Assembly (NCBI GenBank): GCA_951406725.2
Contig: OX597828.1
Span: 5,394,001 to 5,458,000, forward strand
DNA: 64,000 bases
Direction of reading: 5' to 3'
Source of the DNA: Octopus vulgaris
Lineage: Eukaryota
The notes under the pieces were generated by a model that worked only from the letters and a program-made list of their open reading frames with translations, did no database searches and was not told the origin of the DNA. Of this stretch, positions 40,820 through 54,594 are shown one piece after another; the stretch's first letter is position 1; every line of letters starts with the position of its first letter. The position numbers and the translations under genes are program-made.

Positions 40820-41880
40820 TTAGGGTAAGTTAAAATTTCTATGCACTTTTGTTTCTGTAATTCCTTGAAATAAAAGCAGGGGGATGAACAGTTACATCAT
40901 TTTTCAAAATATTCTCCTTGCTTTTTCAGCGATCCATGAGCTTGCTTATTTCATCGGGTAAGAATATTTTCATCTGGTTGTGCAGTTATTTACCGCTTCG
41001 TGCATATCTTCACCTGTAAAGAATGTTTCGATCTCGTAGAGAATATTTGAGCAGGGACGTGATCTGAACTGTATGCAGCGTTTAGTAGAAACTAAAAACC
41101 GAATTTTGGAACAGTTTCAGCGGTGTGGTGGCCGTATTTTGAATGCGTTGTCGGGCAACAATAACACTTGCTTTGCCAGGATACCTCGGGACGACGGTGA
41201 ATTGTTGGTCTCCGTTTGTTGACCAGCATTTAACTTTAGCCTACACTGGTGAGTGTCAACCCTTTTCTCAGGTGATGTTCATGTGTAGGCCGTCTTGCGT
41301 CCACTTTTTCTGCGAAATGCTTAGTCTTGAATTTGCTCGTTCGCTTGCGGTGCGGGGTTTCTTCCTGTTTGTACTCTGCCTTTTCGATTCTGGCTCAGAG
41401 GGTTCCAGGTTTTATCTCCTGTGTCTGCCTTCTCCTAAAACGCTTTGCATTCATCGATAAAGTTGGCCGAGTAAACATTAGTCGAGTAAGCGTTGAGATT
41501 GCGCATATGCACATCGCTAAGTTCTCTTGGCACCCGTCTCGTAACACTTTGCGAAAAACCATGATTAATTTACAGAGAACATGCCGCCTCATTGACAGTC
41601 ACTCGTCCGTTCATCAGAGCCATCTTGATATCTTGCTGAATCTTTATTTCAGTGATGCCGGTTGCTGGGCATCCTACTCCTTCTTCGCGCTTACCTCTTG
41701 CAGCATCATTTTTAAACTTCTCGATCCTTTTGTACATAATTCTATGCAGAAGAGCGCTGTCTTTGCATTGCACTGAAAGCACCTGACGTACCTCCAGACT
41801 ACGGAAATCGAATCAGTAATCTCTGTTCTAACTTGTCGCACACTGCCAATGGAAAACCATGTCTTTAAGACAGAAAACTG
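40820..41880 (-). mobile_element. Mariner transposon remnant
   Basis: ORF 41570-41782 IEKFKN..EEGVGCPAT..RVTVNEAACSL (HTH region), frameshifted FRKV..RWVPRELS near 41530. Confidence 0.88.
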
Positions 41881-43529
41881 GAGCGATCAAGGTCAAACCA
41901 TGGTTACGCAATCATGAGCGTATCACCTTGTAGCATGTGTACGCTGAAGCTAGTTGCAGGTAGGCTAAAGAAAGTTTTGTTAATAGAATGAATAATTTTT
42001 GACATCCTCTCGGATTAGTATTAATCAGCGATGATGGATTGAGCATGTTTTATTGCATAACGCTACAATAATTTAAGCACAACATTATTTACAGATTTCC
42101 ACATGTATATCCAGTGAGAGATGAAATTCCGCTGTATGATAGCATGGAAATTGCAGTATAATTTGTTTCTTACAGAGATTATATTAAAATATGTATTATC
42201 TATTCTCATTTAAAGAACAATGTTCTGTTAGAAAAAAAAATGTATTACTCCCATCTTGGCTTTTGGTGTAAAATGCACCTTTATATTGCTAGCAGGGAGA
42301 TATACCCACGATATCACCAGCGCCGAGACCAACAGATCACTTGATTCAACCTTCCTTGGTCTCGTCAATGATTGAACCTTGATCACTAGAGGTTGCCCCA
42401 ACTCGTCTCTCTACGAACGATATATATTGAAAAACAGTGCTAGAACTGGCATGGGTGTCGCGAATATCTAGTGAGCTTATTAAAAAAACTATATATTAGA
42501 GACAAAGGCAGTATAATTATGTTAAAAATAGTCGAGACAAATTAAGTTCAAAATACTTGATTACCAGCTCATATTAAGCTTTTTATAGTTCCTAGAGTTT
42601 TGCTTCTGTATGAAAAATGTTCTTTCACTCTTCAAGCAATATTGTATCAAATGTATATGATGTTCCTTAGCTTCAAATGTATAACATCGTCCGAAAAATA
42701 AAAAAATTGGTGGGTGAATTTAGACCTGAATAATTTATGGTCATATATTGGCCAAGTGTCTTCTACTATAACCTCGGGATGACCAAGTAATTTCTCATTT
42801 TGCATTGAGAAATAAACAGGTGCAAGGGATGCTACCATATATGCGCGACCCACAGTAGACTAGTTGTAGCGAAAAGATCATGAGCATGGTGCTATAGTCT
42901 CTGCAGACGGCTTGTTTGCTTGTAATTGGTTTTGGAAGAATCCACAAATTTGACTCAACCTCAACCAGAAGGATTTCCACTTTTGTTTAGAACAACAGCA
43001 TATAAAAATCACAAAACGATCTTGAACAGTAATTAAGTAGAATCCAGACAATTACACCATCTCGCCAATGAATTAAGATGCCATGAAATATTAATAACGA
43101 GCTCTCTACAACGATGAAGCCTGATTTATGTTTGTCAAAACTTGAATGCGAAAGACAGTACTACACAGAATGAAATCGAAAGACACGTGATTATATAAAT
43201 CAATTAATATCCAAAGTCTGCCAACGACTGAATTCATCTTCAGATCTACAAAGATATAACGATAAATTCAAACACGTAGCACACTGCCACATGAAAGTGT
43301 ACCAGAGAAAGACAAATATTACACACTCTGGCTCTTACAAATGTATAATCTTTTGAGTAGAACTTGAAAGGAGATTGAAATAGTCCTGTAAAACGCAATA
43401 TGTATTAAAGCAATATTGAATCAGTAAAAATCGTAAAACATACAACAGTCAGAGTGTCGAACCATAGCTAAATTATATATTATTTCAGACCATCGGGAAT
43501 TAGGTTACGCTTAAAACTGTACCATAATT

Positions 43530-43702
43530 GATTTCAAATTTTGTCAATAGCCAGTGATATTGGGGAAGAGGAAACATTAATCACATCGATGTCAAAGGGC
43601 AAATATCGACCTTGATAGAATTTGAACTAAGAACGTAAAGATGGACGAAATGCCGCTAAGCATATTGCCCGGTGTGCTAATGATTCTGCCAGCTCACCGC
43701 CT
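43530..43702 (-). mobile_element. SINE family B with TSD-like flanks
   Basis: Minus strand GGCGGTGAGCTGGCAGAATCATTAGCACACCGGGC; flanks TTAAAACTGTACCATAATT / TTAAAACAGTGTCATAATT. Confidence 0.85.
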
Positions 43703-44212
43703 TTAAAACAGTGTCATAATTACATATTGTAATTATGTATTAACATCATTAATTTCTGTGGTTATTAATTATGTGTATGTAGCCGGCAATAGCGTATAAC
43801 ACAAATTTAAACGAGTGGGTGTGTCCTTATGCATTTATAAACTTGTTATTCTAGTGATGACAAAAGTTGTGCAAAGGTGAAGTAAAAATTATGCACTATC
43901 CAGAAGATAATTTCGTTAGAATATTCGATCTATGTTACTACTAGAAACGATAACTGAATTTGACCTTCCGTTCTACACAATATCTATGTCTCAATCAGAC
44001 ATGCTGGCTAACAGACATATTTTTGGCATATATCCAGACTTAACAAACTGACAAATATTAGCAGACACTTTCTATTAACAAGGAACCCAGGTTATCGGCA
44101 CGGCATACTTTTCTGACTGTATTCTTATATAATAAATAATAAACTATACTTTACACTTCCGCATAGAGAACAAGTGTAATACATATATACATACAGATAT
44201 GCATACATATAT

Positions 44213-44249
<37 letters not shown>

Positions 44250-44974
44250 CGCACACACACACATACACACACGCGCGCGCATACACACACAAACATATAA
44301 TTGTATGTTGCTGCTACTTTAAGAATTTGTGTTTTCAATGTTATGGCTTAATACAACATACAGCAGTAAACACCTTGCCTTCATATACAATAGATTAATG
44401 AACAAGAATGTGGAGCGAGTCCAGATTAAATTCACTTTTCACTTAGGATGTACTCAATACTTCTCCAATACCACATTAAGCCTTATGAGACAAATGCTTA
44501 TATTCTCTCTGGTACTTAAGTTTTAAATGAATTGGTTTAACCAATGATCATATAACCTATTCTTGATATGAAGATCGAAATTCCGGTGGGTTAACGACGT
44601 TTACCTTTAATAGTACACCACAACATAAAATATAGCAAATATAATCACAGGCATTGACTATATAAAGAAATATAACGCTACATTTTATCTCTGTCATTTT
44701 GTTTTATTTCTTTTCGAAAATATTTTGAATAAACAGGATTGCCAAAATATTTATTAAAATTTACTAAGGTACATTAAACCATAAAAATATTGAGGTGTTA
44801 ATTGATGAAAATCAATTGCAGTTATTGTAAAATGAATTTATAAGACATTAATGTCTTATAAATGGAAATTAGTCTACTGAAGTTATTGTAGAGTACGGCA
44901 GAGTAACTATAGTTATGTAGGCTCGTGAATTGGCATGCGTGTTTAATGATAAAAAACAATCTTCTAAGGTACAA

Positions 44975-44984
44975 CGTATGTATG

Positions 44985-45049
<65 letters not shown>

Positions 45050-45095
45050 AAGTGTGTATATATATATGTATATACACACTCACACACATATACAC

Positions 45096-45148
<53 letters not shown>

Positions 45149-45152
45149 TATA
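44975..45152. repeat. (TA)n compound microsatellite
   Basis: Direct reading. Confidence 0.93.
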
Positions 45153-46674
45153 GTCGCCATCTGACAATCAATCGCAGCGCGGATCTTGTTATATACGTTA
45201 CGTTCGTTCTAAAAGCACTGATAAACTATTGATTTTACGTCTGGCTATCAAACCTTTGCAAAGTTGTGGACTGATTCATGCGACGCCATTGCTTTGGCAT
45301 AATTTTCGGCCAATCGAAACAGCGAGATTATAACGTTTACTTAACACCATATTTATGAATGGTTTTCTACATTTCCTCTTTTTCTTTTCACACAATAATG
45401 ATTTTATACTGGTGATTTATTTTTGGATGTTGGCAATAAAGTGTGCTGTGGAGTACTAACAAATTATATAAGCATTACATTTTCGTGTCTCTTGTTACCT
45501 AGAATATAACGGAATAGAATACATTACAAATTTGGTTGTTACATGCTGCTAATTCTCCAGTTCTCACACTTTAAGAAATATTGACGAAATGTCTGCTGTC
45601 CAATCTAATTTTAAGATTTCTAGCTATCTTAGCAGCTAAAGCAAGTATTGATATTTTGCCAAATTTTCTAAACGAACTAGGACAGCACTTGCATAAAATG
45701 TCTGTTTATAATGTATTTTATAAGATAAATATTATAAAAAAAAGTATCGCATACAGATACTGTCTGTCTGTCTCTCTCTCTCATACATATTTATTTGAAT
45801 TTTCAATCATGTATTTATATATATATATGTATGTGTGTATGTGTGTGTGTGTGTATGTGTGCCTGTGTGTGTGTGAGTTTAGGTGCATGCATATGCGTAT
45901 GTATATATTTTCTAAAATACTGCATGTAAAATAGTATTTATTATTGAACTACCGGGGGCAGTATATCGAAGTTAAAATATATATATCAGATGTACATAAT
46001 TATTTCATTACTCAGCCAAAATATATTTAGGTTCTCTGTATTTGTGCATTGTTATGTACATATATGTTTGTGTGTGTTTATATATATATATTTACACACA
46101 CACACACACACATATGCATGTATGTATATAATGTATACGTCACGCACCATTAAACATTTCAGCAATGAAGAAAATTTATATAGATGTAGACAAGGATCTG
46201 TGTTGCAACACACAGTGTTTGTTATACCTGCCATTGCAGCACACACGCCGTGTATTATATTATAATGGCGTTATACTATATTGTAATCAGCATTTATGAA
46301 TTGAATTGGCAAGTTCAAATGCGAAAAAAATCCTGTACCATGCTTCTGACCATCCAAGTATAGATATATCAGTGTATGTGTTTGTGTATTCCTGAGCATA
46401 ATATTACGTATAAAGTTGAACATTTGAGAAACACTATGCACTGTACTATCTTCTTTCGACTACATCAAATATATCAATGTTATTTGGAAGAATATTGCAT
46501 CGATAGAAAATACGATATATTGTGGGAAATGTTTAAATGTTTCTGCAAAAAAGAACAAAAATAAAAGAAACATGAAGCGCTATGGAGTAGTTGTAAATAT
46601 AGACAGAATAGTGATTTCAAAAATTTCAAGCATAATAAACTCGTGCATGGCATTAAATGCAAAAATATTTGTCT

Positions 46675-46812
46675 GGGTGAGAAGCTTGCGTTGCATCTGC
46701 TAGGTCTTATGTCTATTTCCACTGCGAGGCACCTTGGGCATGAGCCTTGTCTTACAGCACAGAGCAGGCAAATGACTTGCGAGTGAATTTGGTAGACGAA
46801 ACTGTGGAGAAC
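46675..46812 (+). mobile_element. SINE family A 5' half, diverged
   Basis: CCACTGCGAGGCACCTTGGGCA..GAGTGAATTTGGTAGACGAAACTG. Confidence 0.75.
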
Positions 46813-46827
46813 CACTCCTGATATATA

Positions 46828-46903
<76 letters not shown>

Positions 46904-47258
46904 AGTGTAAATTTAATGACAAGGACCTTAGGCAAGTAGATTTACAGTATTAGAAATATTTAAAAGCAAAAAAAATGTACACGTGTATAGCTATAAAAGA
47001 GTCCGACTTACACAAAATATGAATAATATCAGGCGTTGAATAGGTTGAGATTTGTCAGTCCAACTGTTGTTTCTGGGTGCTTGGTGGTCGGGAATAATGA
47101 CAGTTACTTGGTTCCATCTTGTTAACACATCTAATGTAAAGCTCTCCTCTGAAGATCCATTCAACTCCTGATATCATTTATATTTTTTGCAAGTCGGACT
47201 AATTTATATTCATACAATGTGCATTTTTTGTATCAACTTATCTAATCTGTCTAAATAA

Positions 47259-47474
47259 GGCGGCGAGATGGCAGAAGTGTTGGCATGCCGGGTTGAAATG
47301 CTTAGCGGTATTTCATCTGTCTTCACGTTCTGACTTCAAATTTCGCCTAGGTCAACATTGCATTTCATCTTTTCGGGGTCGATAAATCAAGTACCAACTG
47401 CGTACTGGGGTCGATCTAATCGACTGGTCCCCTCTCTCAAAATTCCGGATATTGTGCCAAGAGAAGAAAAGAAT
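47259..47474 (+). mobile_element. SINE family B (Nin-domain-like), full length
   Basis: GGCGGCGAGATGGCAGAA..CATTTCATCTTTTCGGGGTCGATAAATCAAGTACCAA..GAAAAGAAT. Confidence 0.9.
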
Positions 47475-48509
47475 TTCTGTGTAAATCGGCTTGCCTAACT
47501 TGTCATTACATTTACTCCGCTACCTGCTGAGGTTCAAATCTCTAACCTATGTATATATGCATACGTGTGTGTGTCAATTTATGCGTGTTTGTGCTGCGTA
47601 TTTATTTGTATTTGTGTATTTTCCACCACTCTTTGACAACTTGTTTTGCTATGTTTACATATCTTCAACACAGTGCCCAATATGTCTGTACTCCAATAAT
47701 TAAGACAAATATAATTTAATGATAAAACACAATAGTTGGATTGTAATTAAAGTCTATCAGTTATGCAATATCTGCAATCCGAGTCTCTGTAGTACATATT
47801 TGTTGAAAATAATTGTCATGCTTTCATTTGGATATATGAGTTTATGATGCGACATATGAAGGAACGCACCTCGAATAACAACATTATTTTTATTTACTGA
47901 ATTTTTATGCAGAAAATTGTTGAAGACAAGCTACTCGCATAGGCCATATTACTTTTTATTTTACTGTAGAGAATTTAAAAACTTAAAACATTTTACTTAA
48001 TTCTCAGTAAACACCAGGAGAGGTGTGAGAAAGCAATAAATTCTTGGAATCATTAATAAACATGGTTACTTTATGTTCGTGTTTTTCTGCGAATGTATAT
48101 ATCTGTTTGTGATAAACGGCTGGTCTAAAGAAGATTTGTGTTTTGCTGTGACCGCCTTGACCCGAGTGCAGTGACCGCAATTTTCTCTAATTAACGTATA
48201 TTCAACTTTGATGTTAATTTCCGGGATTCTACTAAAGTTTATGGAATAATTTACAGGAGAATTGAAATTTGTTGTGTAATTGATATTTTAGCTGCTTCCC
48301 TTCATCCCCAATCTTAATACATGGTCGTATATCAACTTAAAAATGTTTCTTGCAATAATTTTGTTTTTATAATGTTGCTAATGTATCATGCAAGCTCATA
48401 AATTTTCCTCTGATAAGCAGGAATATGTTGGTGTCCAGCGATAATATAAAATCTATAACTATTTAGTAAATATATCTCTAGCATGAACTTATTTTCAGAT
48501 GTCACCTTC

Positions 48510-48810
48510 CAGCGATTCTCAACCATGGCTTAGGTATGGAGCCTTTGATTACTACTTTATTCTGGCGACTCCCATATCCATTCGATGTTCAAAAACTAGT
48601 TTTATAGTTACTTCTTTCAAAATTACTCGGTGTAGGCTGAGAGAAAAAAAAATAACTGTTTCTTGCAATAAATACATCTAAAGAAAAATGTTTTCATGGA
48701 CTCATAAAATGTTGCTGTCTACCCAATTTTGTGTTTTTGTTTTGTGAACCCCACAAAATCTTATATGTAAGTTCTAGTGCATATGGACCCCGGCTGAGAA
48801 AAACCACAGT
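48510..48810. mobile_element. Degraded hAT-type MITE
   Basis: Ends CAGCGATTCTCAACC ... GGCTGAGAAAAACCACAG form imperfect TIRs; subterminal TATGGA(G/C)CC motifs. Confidence 0.45.
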
Positions 48811-49556
48811 AGATGAACATATATCATTATATAATACTCTATGTGTCTTCATGTTTAATTTAGACATGTCGACAAAATCTTGTGCACAGAAATTATTGTC
48901 TGTAATAATTGCAAGAAATTTTATATTAAAATTACTGACAGTAATTGGAACGTAATTTTTGAAGGAAATCACTGGTAAACTGACTGTGCCTGTGTTCAGG
49001 ATTTTAGAATGTTCCATGAACTCATATAAACAGAACAAATATAAAACAGTTGAAACGTGTTATCAGCAGCTGATGTTTAGGCTTACGTAAATGTAGTGGT
49101 ACAACTAACATAACTAACATTTTATGAGTAATGACAACGTATACATGGTATGCGTTGTCGTTACCTATATTTATGTGCTTCCATACTTCAAATGCTAACA
49201 TCACTATACACTTTTACCTTCATGACTAACTGAACTCGAATCAATTCCCCCATTAATCGAAAATTTAACATTTCATCAGGATTTCTGTCAACGCACGTTT
49301 CTTCCTACGAAACAACCGCTTTCTCCGGTTTACCTTCACCACACTGAACAGCCTTGCTTCAATAACCTCTTTCCCCAGAAGAAACAGTAAAGAAACGAAC
49401 TAGACAACCTGCAAACGGTATATTAAGTGGAAAAGATGCATGGTAAATCAGGCTCTGATGCAACACGAAATTCCGAAGTCACTGTCAACCTTTTCCTTGT
49501 AAAAGTAACCCAATATGTCGCCGATAAAACTTACTGAGTAAACCTTAAGTTTAATA

Positions 49557-49765
49557 TTGGTTTCAAACTTTGGCAAAGGCCAGCAATTAAGGGAAGGGTA
49601 AGTCATTTTCATAGACTCCGGTGCTCAACTGGAATTTATTTATCGATCTTGAAAGGATGAACTGCAAAGTTGACCTGGGCGGAATTTGAAATTGGAATGT
49701 AAAGACGGACGAAATGCTACTAAACATTTTGCTCGGCGTTTTGACCATTCTACCGGTTCACCGCC
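49557..49765 (-). mobile_element. SINE family B with TSD-like flanks
   Basis: Full monomer; AGTTTAATATT repeated on both sides. Confidence 0.85.
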
Positions 49766-50561
49766 TTTCATTAGTTTAATATTAAGCCGTTTTCTGTATA
49801 ACTTGATTTATAAACAAACATTAACTTGTAACTGTACACGCATACTTAGACGCAGGTAAAGAGCACGTGACATCTCCCAAAGAAAATTTGTCAAATATAT
49901 TCTAATCGAAGAAATTGCTTACTTACAATCTAAATTTCTTGCAAAAGGAACGAAGAAATTACAACCACTTGACATAGAAATTAATGGTCGAGAAACATTT
50001 AATGAACATGACACACGGCTCACCTAACTTCAATATGTCGACCACATGCATTAATCTCAAATGTAATTATTGACGGATTTCAGAAATAGAAACCAATAAG
50101 TTATAAGATGGGATCAGGGATCAGTCTTCGCACTGAACATTATGTTTGTTTCCTAATTATTCAGAATTAGTGAAAGAAATCAACGTTTGTTCTCACTTAT
50201 AGCTCATCCATTGACGTTCAAATGCAACAGCAAAAAAAATATACCTCGTAAGTTCAGAGATTTGAGTAAAGTCGACTCCCAGATCGGGAACAAATTCGTG
50301 CAAACATGGAGACACGCTGGCAAAACGCTGGAAGCCTTAATTGCCATTATGGCTTTGCGGCACGAATCAAATTACGCCTTGTCGTCTACTCAAGAAAACA
50401 TTGTAAGTGATCGATAAGTCCCCAACTTCTCTCCATTTGCCAAAAGGTTTGCAAGGTACCAGCAAGCCTCAAGAAACAGATTCGTGTATTCGTGTTAATG
50501 ACAAGAAAAACCCCCCTCCTCCTCCTCCTCCTCCACACTCTCTCTGTGTATATATATATGT

Positions 50562-50967
50562 TTAAATTTAAAATGAGGGTTAGAAATTAGATATTAATTT
50601 AATTAACATCAATTTCACACCAGTGGTCTAGCATATAAAATAACTGAAGGTTCAGTAAAATTGTATAATATACATATTAGAGGGAAACCACTATGTGGAC
50701 ACCCTCATGCTAGAAATAGTCCTGCAGATTATACTCATCTGGACGGTCGCACCGATGATCTACGGATATTTATGTAAGTAACATTACGTAATATGTTAAT
50801 AGTGAAACATGTATGCGAATAATCCATATTTTTATTGCGTTTTCTTTTGTCATGCTTGATTTCGTTTTGATTGTTTTGCTAAATTTTTCTTGAGAACTTT
50901 TCTTAATGGTAAGACCATAGCGGACCTATTTGTAGCATAAGGGTGTCCACATAGTGGTTTCCCTCTA

Positions 50968-50970
<3 letters not shown>
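50562..50970 (-). mobile_element. Second insertion of the 33344 hairpin family, in (TA)n
   Basis: 50562-50719 is the reverse complement of about 33474-33622; 50885-50970 matches 33437-33518 in direct orientation. Confidence 0.8.
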
Positions 50971-51007
<37 letters not shown>

Positions 51008-51261
51008 CCACACAAGACACAAACACATTGGCTCCGCGAGGTAAGGATTATAGAGGCAGGTGTCCACAATCGTTGCAGACTTGGTCATAACCAACAAGTC
51101 CAGTTCAACACAAGTGCAGAATTATTTAGGGACTCTTTGTACCTCTCTGATGCTCCTACGTATATCATATATATGTGTGTGTATGTATGTGTGTCCATGT
51201 TTGTATGAGCGTGTGAATGTGCCTGTCCGCGTACGTTTCCGCACGCTTCTGTGTGAGTGGT

Positions 51262-52533
51262 ACATTGGTTTCATATCTAGCGTGAACTAGATATCACTTC
51301 AGTTTCTCTAAACGTTAACCGTTCTCTGCAAAAAATGTTTTTTGTAAACACAAGAAAGTTTGTGATAGTTCAAGAAATACTTTTCTTAACAAATTATGGC
51401 CGGGCGAGTTGTCTCCCTACGCTTGATAGCTAGGTTTACCAATGTTGAAGTAAAAATTTCCGAAAATGTGGACAACTTCCCACGGCTTCCTTCCTGGTGT
51501 TCAGGTAGCCTCCCGGCTCATGTGAGTTCACGAGGACAATATATTTTTCTGCCATACACAATTTACACAGCCCTGTTCCATCGTGATAGGGTCCACAAGT
51601 TTCCAATAATTTCTACCTAATGTTAAAGGGCGTATGATCGGCCTTTAGGTGCCATACGTATACTGCGAGTGTTATTATGTTGCGTCTCTCCGGCCCTGAA
51701 AGATCTGTGATTGTTCAGTCGAATTTTAAATTTAGATACACTAGATCCGACATAAAGTTTACTGTGTGTCCCTGTGTTGGCAGTAATATTACTGATATTG
51801 CAGCTGCTACGGTTTGAGGCTACATCTGCTTGATACACTGCAGCCTCGGTGTTACATCGGCCGGGGACTGGGCATTAATTTCTAATCCTGCATGAAAAAC
51901 CTATCTCTATCCGTGGTTTAGGCGTGCTAAGTAATTTTTTCTTAACATTGGGTGCATATCTGAAAGAGATTCTTAAATTATATCTGTTATTTATTTCCAT
52001 ATTTGTGTGATTGCGTGAAATGATTATCAAACAACCAAAATTCTTACCTACGCATGCCCGGACGTTTAGGGAGAAGAGGGAGCGAACCATAAGGTCTTGC
52101 GGTGGCGTTTCCTTTTATAGTTCCTCAATCTTGGTGCATATACTATTTTCTCTTTGAACCCGCTGGCTGCTAGCACCTCATTGTAAGCGGGAGCCGCTGC
52201 ATCGAAAATATCTGTATTTGAAGATAAGATCGAAATTCATTTACTGATACCTTTTATTAAGTTTTTGAACCCTATGAGTGGGTGGCAGGAGGCTGTATTA
52301 ATGTACGATGGCCTATCATTCGGCTTACGGTATGGTCTGTAGGTGCCACTTCAAAGTTGAAAAACCTGTCTATCAAGCGAAGGAAGAAATCTCGTCCGGC
52401 CATCATTTTAAGAGGAATATTTCTTGAAGTATCACCGGTGTTCTTGTGTCAAAAAAAATTTTTTTACAGAGAACGGTTATCGTTTAGAGAAACTGAAGAG
52501 ATATCTAGTTCCCGCTAGATAGGAAACCAATGT
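51262..52533 (-). mobile_element. 5'-truncated Penelope-like element (RT thumb, linker, GIY-YIG) with inverted partial pLTR
   Basis: LSSNTDIFDAAAPAYNEVLAASGF, FSLNVRACVGKNF, LRISFRYAPN, VYQADV..LYVGSSVSKFKIRLNNH; IR 51262-51356/52441-52533. Confidence 0.88.
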
Positions 52534-52561
52534 TTTTTTTTTTTTTCTAAACTATTACGTT

Positions 52562-52643
<82 letters not shown>

Positions 52644-53052
52644 TGACGTAAATGACTACATATATTACAAAAGGGGAAAATTATTTTAGTTTTTAATCTT
52701 AAAAATGTGTTAAATTTTCTTTCGGGCTCTTTCTGATTTTGCGAACGTTGTCACCCACCTTCGACTTTGAATTAGGTTAATTGCTAGTTTGGTATTAAAG
52801 CCGATATAACAAATCATTTTTAATCAGTCATTGTTAGTCCGTTACAGTTTCCATTTCCGTTGCAGTTCGCAATATACTTTCCACAATTCTACTTTTCCTA
52901 AATTTATTTCTCTTTGGCATTCCAACGCTATTATATATATATAGATAGATATAGATATATATATGCATGTACTTTTCCTACGATTCAAGACTCCTTACTA
53001 TAATTATAACTATAAGTATAATTATAACTATAACCTACATGCTCTCTTCCTC

Positions 53053-53114
<62 letters not shown>

Positions 53115-53119
<5 letters not shown>

Positions 53120-53681
53120 AATAGTAAAAAGTGTAAAAACTACAGAAGACTTGTTTTAAAAGGTTAAAAAATATATATTTCAGTCATTATGTCACAAGAA
53201 TGTTATAAATTTTTTTGAAGAAATGACCGGTTTCGCGTTCAGCTTTTCAAATTTCTTACATCGTTATGATTTCGTTGAGAAGTGTAAAAAAGAGTTCCAG
53301 GTAAGGGGAGGTAATGATTTCTTCCGGTGTAAGGGAGATAATCGCTTAATATTTCTTGTCTTTTTTAGGGGGTGAGTTTCTTTGTATAAGAATGTTGGAG
53401 TGGTTAAGTTTGGGCTTATATTTTTCAATGAAGCATGTTTCCTTGTTTAGTCTAATTTGTGTTGGTGTTCCAATAGCACATTGCTAAAATGGAAAGATAA
53501 AAAATTGTGGTAGTAGTTGCTTTGCGCATTTCTCAATGTGCTCACTAAAGTGTATCATTCTGTATTCTGGGAATGCAATCTGTTGTCGATGCAGTGTGCA
53601 TCGACGTTTGAGTGATAGTCCCGTGGATCCCACGTAGTTTTGGTGACAGCCCGAGCATCTTATGACATAAATTATGTTTTC
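53115..53681 (-). mobile_element. Penelope-like element 3' end with GIY-YIG endonuclease
   Basis: ENIIYVIRCSGCHQNYVGSTGLSLKRRCTLH..RLNKETCFIEKYKPKLN (53681 to about 53400, one stop; absent from the ORF track). Confidence 0.9.
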
Positions 53682-53802
53682 ATTTTAAAGGAAGTTAAGT
53701 AAATACTCATTTTTACATAATTTTAGCCATGTTATTTCTGAGTCAGAAATAACATGGTTAAATTATTTAAAAATGTGTATTTACTTAACCTCCTTTTAAA
53801 TG
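53681..53802. repeat. About 120-bp imperfect palindrome centred on CTGAGTCAG
   Basis: Core CCATGTTATTTCTGA-G-TCAGAAATAACATGG, arms extend about 60 bp. Confidence 0.9.
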
Positions 53803-54026
53803 CATACGCATACACATATACACATATTGTAATACATATACCCATACATACGCATCTATTTATGCAGAGAGAGACACACAGTACACCAATGTGCGAATAC
53901 AACACTATTAAAAGGAAAAGTATATACGTGTGCGTGGCCGTGTGTGCATTTGTGTGTGTATACCTGTAAATGTGTTCGTGTAAATATATATATGCTTATT
54001 TCTCTCTCTCTCTCTCTCTCTCTCCA

Positions 54027-54086
<60 letters not shown>

Positions 54087-54594
54087 CATGTCAGTGCACG
54101 TGTGTGTGTATGTATTTACACGCGTTTATACCAATGTTTAATATTTTTTGTGCGTGCATATTCGTTTTTTTTTGTATATATACACATACATACATATATG
54201 CACATGATCACAAATACAAAAATATATTTTCGTATATATACAGGCTTCTAATAACCATGAAGTTTCTCTTTTTTTTATGCTGAAACGATATAGATTATCG
54301 AAGATGTATGCGATAACTAGAAGCAACTTTTTTGTATCTGTCTTCAATTTGCGGAGCATGGTACAGAATAGTTAGAGGAAATATTGATTAAATAACTGCA
54401 TTGCTCAGCATAATATCTAAACTGACCTTTTTAATACTGTCACCCAATTTACAAGAAGGGTCCTTTAATGTGGTCACTGAGACGAAATTCTTTGTGAAGT
54501 TTTGAGTTCTAATAATAATAAATTGTACAATATTGATATTAAAAATCTGGGACAGGAGATCGACGTTTGTTTACCAACAAAATGATGGCTAAGG

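Noticed and set aside
42313-42372. Hammerhead-like UUGACGA-GACCAA..UUGGUC on the minus strand
   Set aside because: C3 and GAAA are missing; explicable as a simple 9-bp hairpin
50186-50253. Possible micro-exon (TTATAG| ... |GTAAGT)
   Set aside because: No partner exons or homology recognisable; unsupported without RNA data
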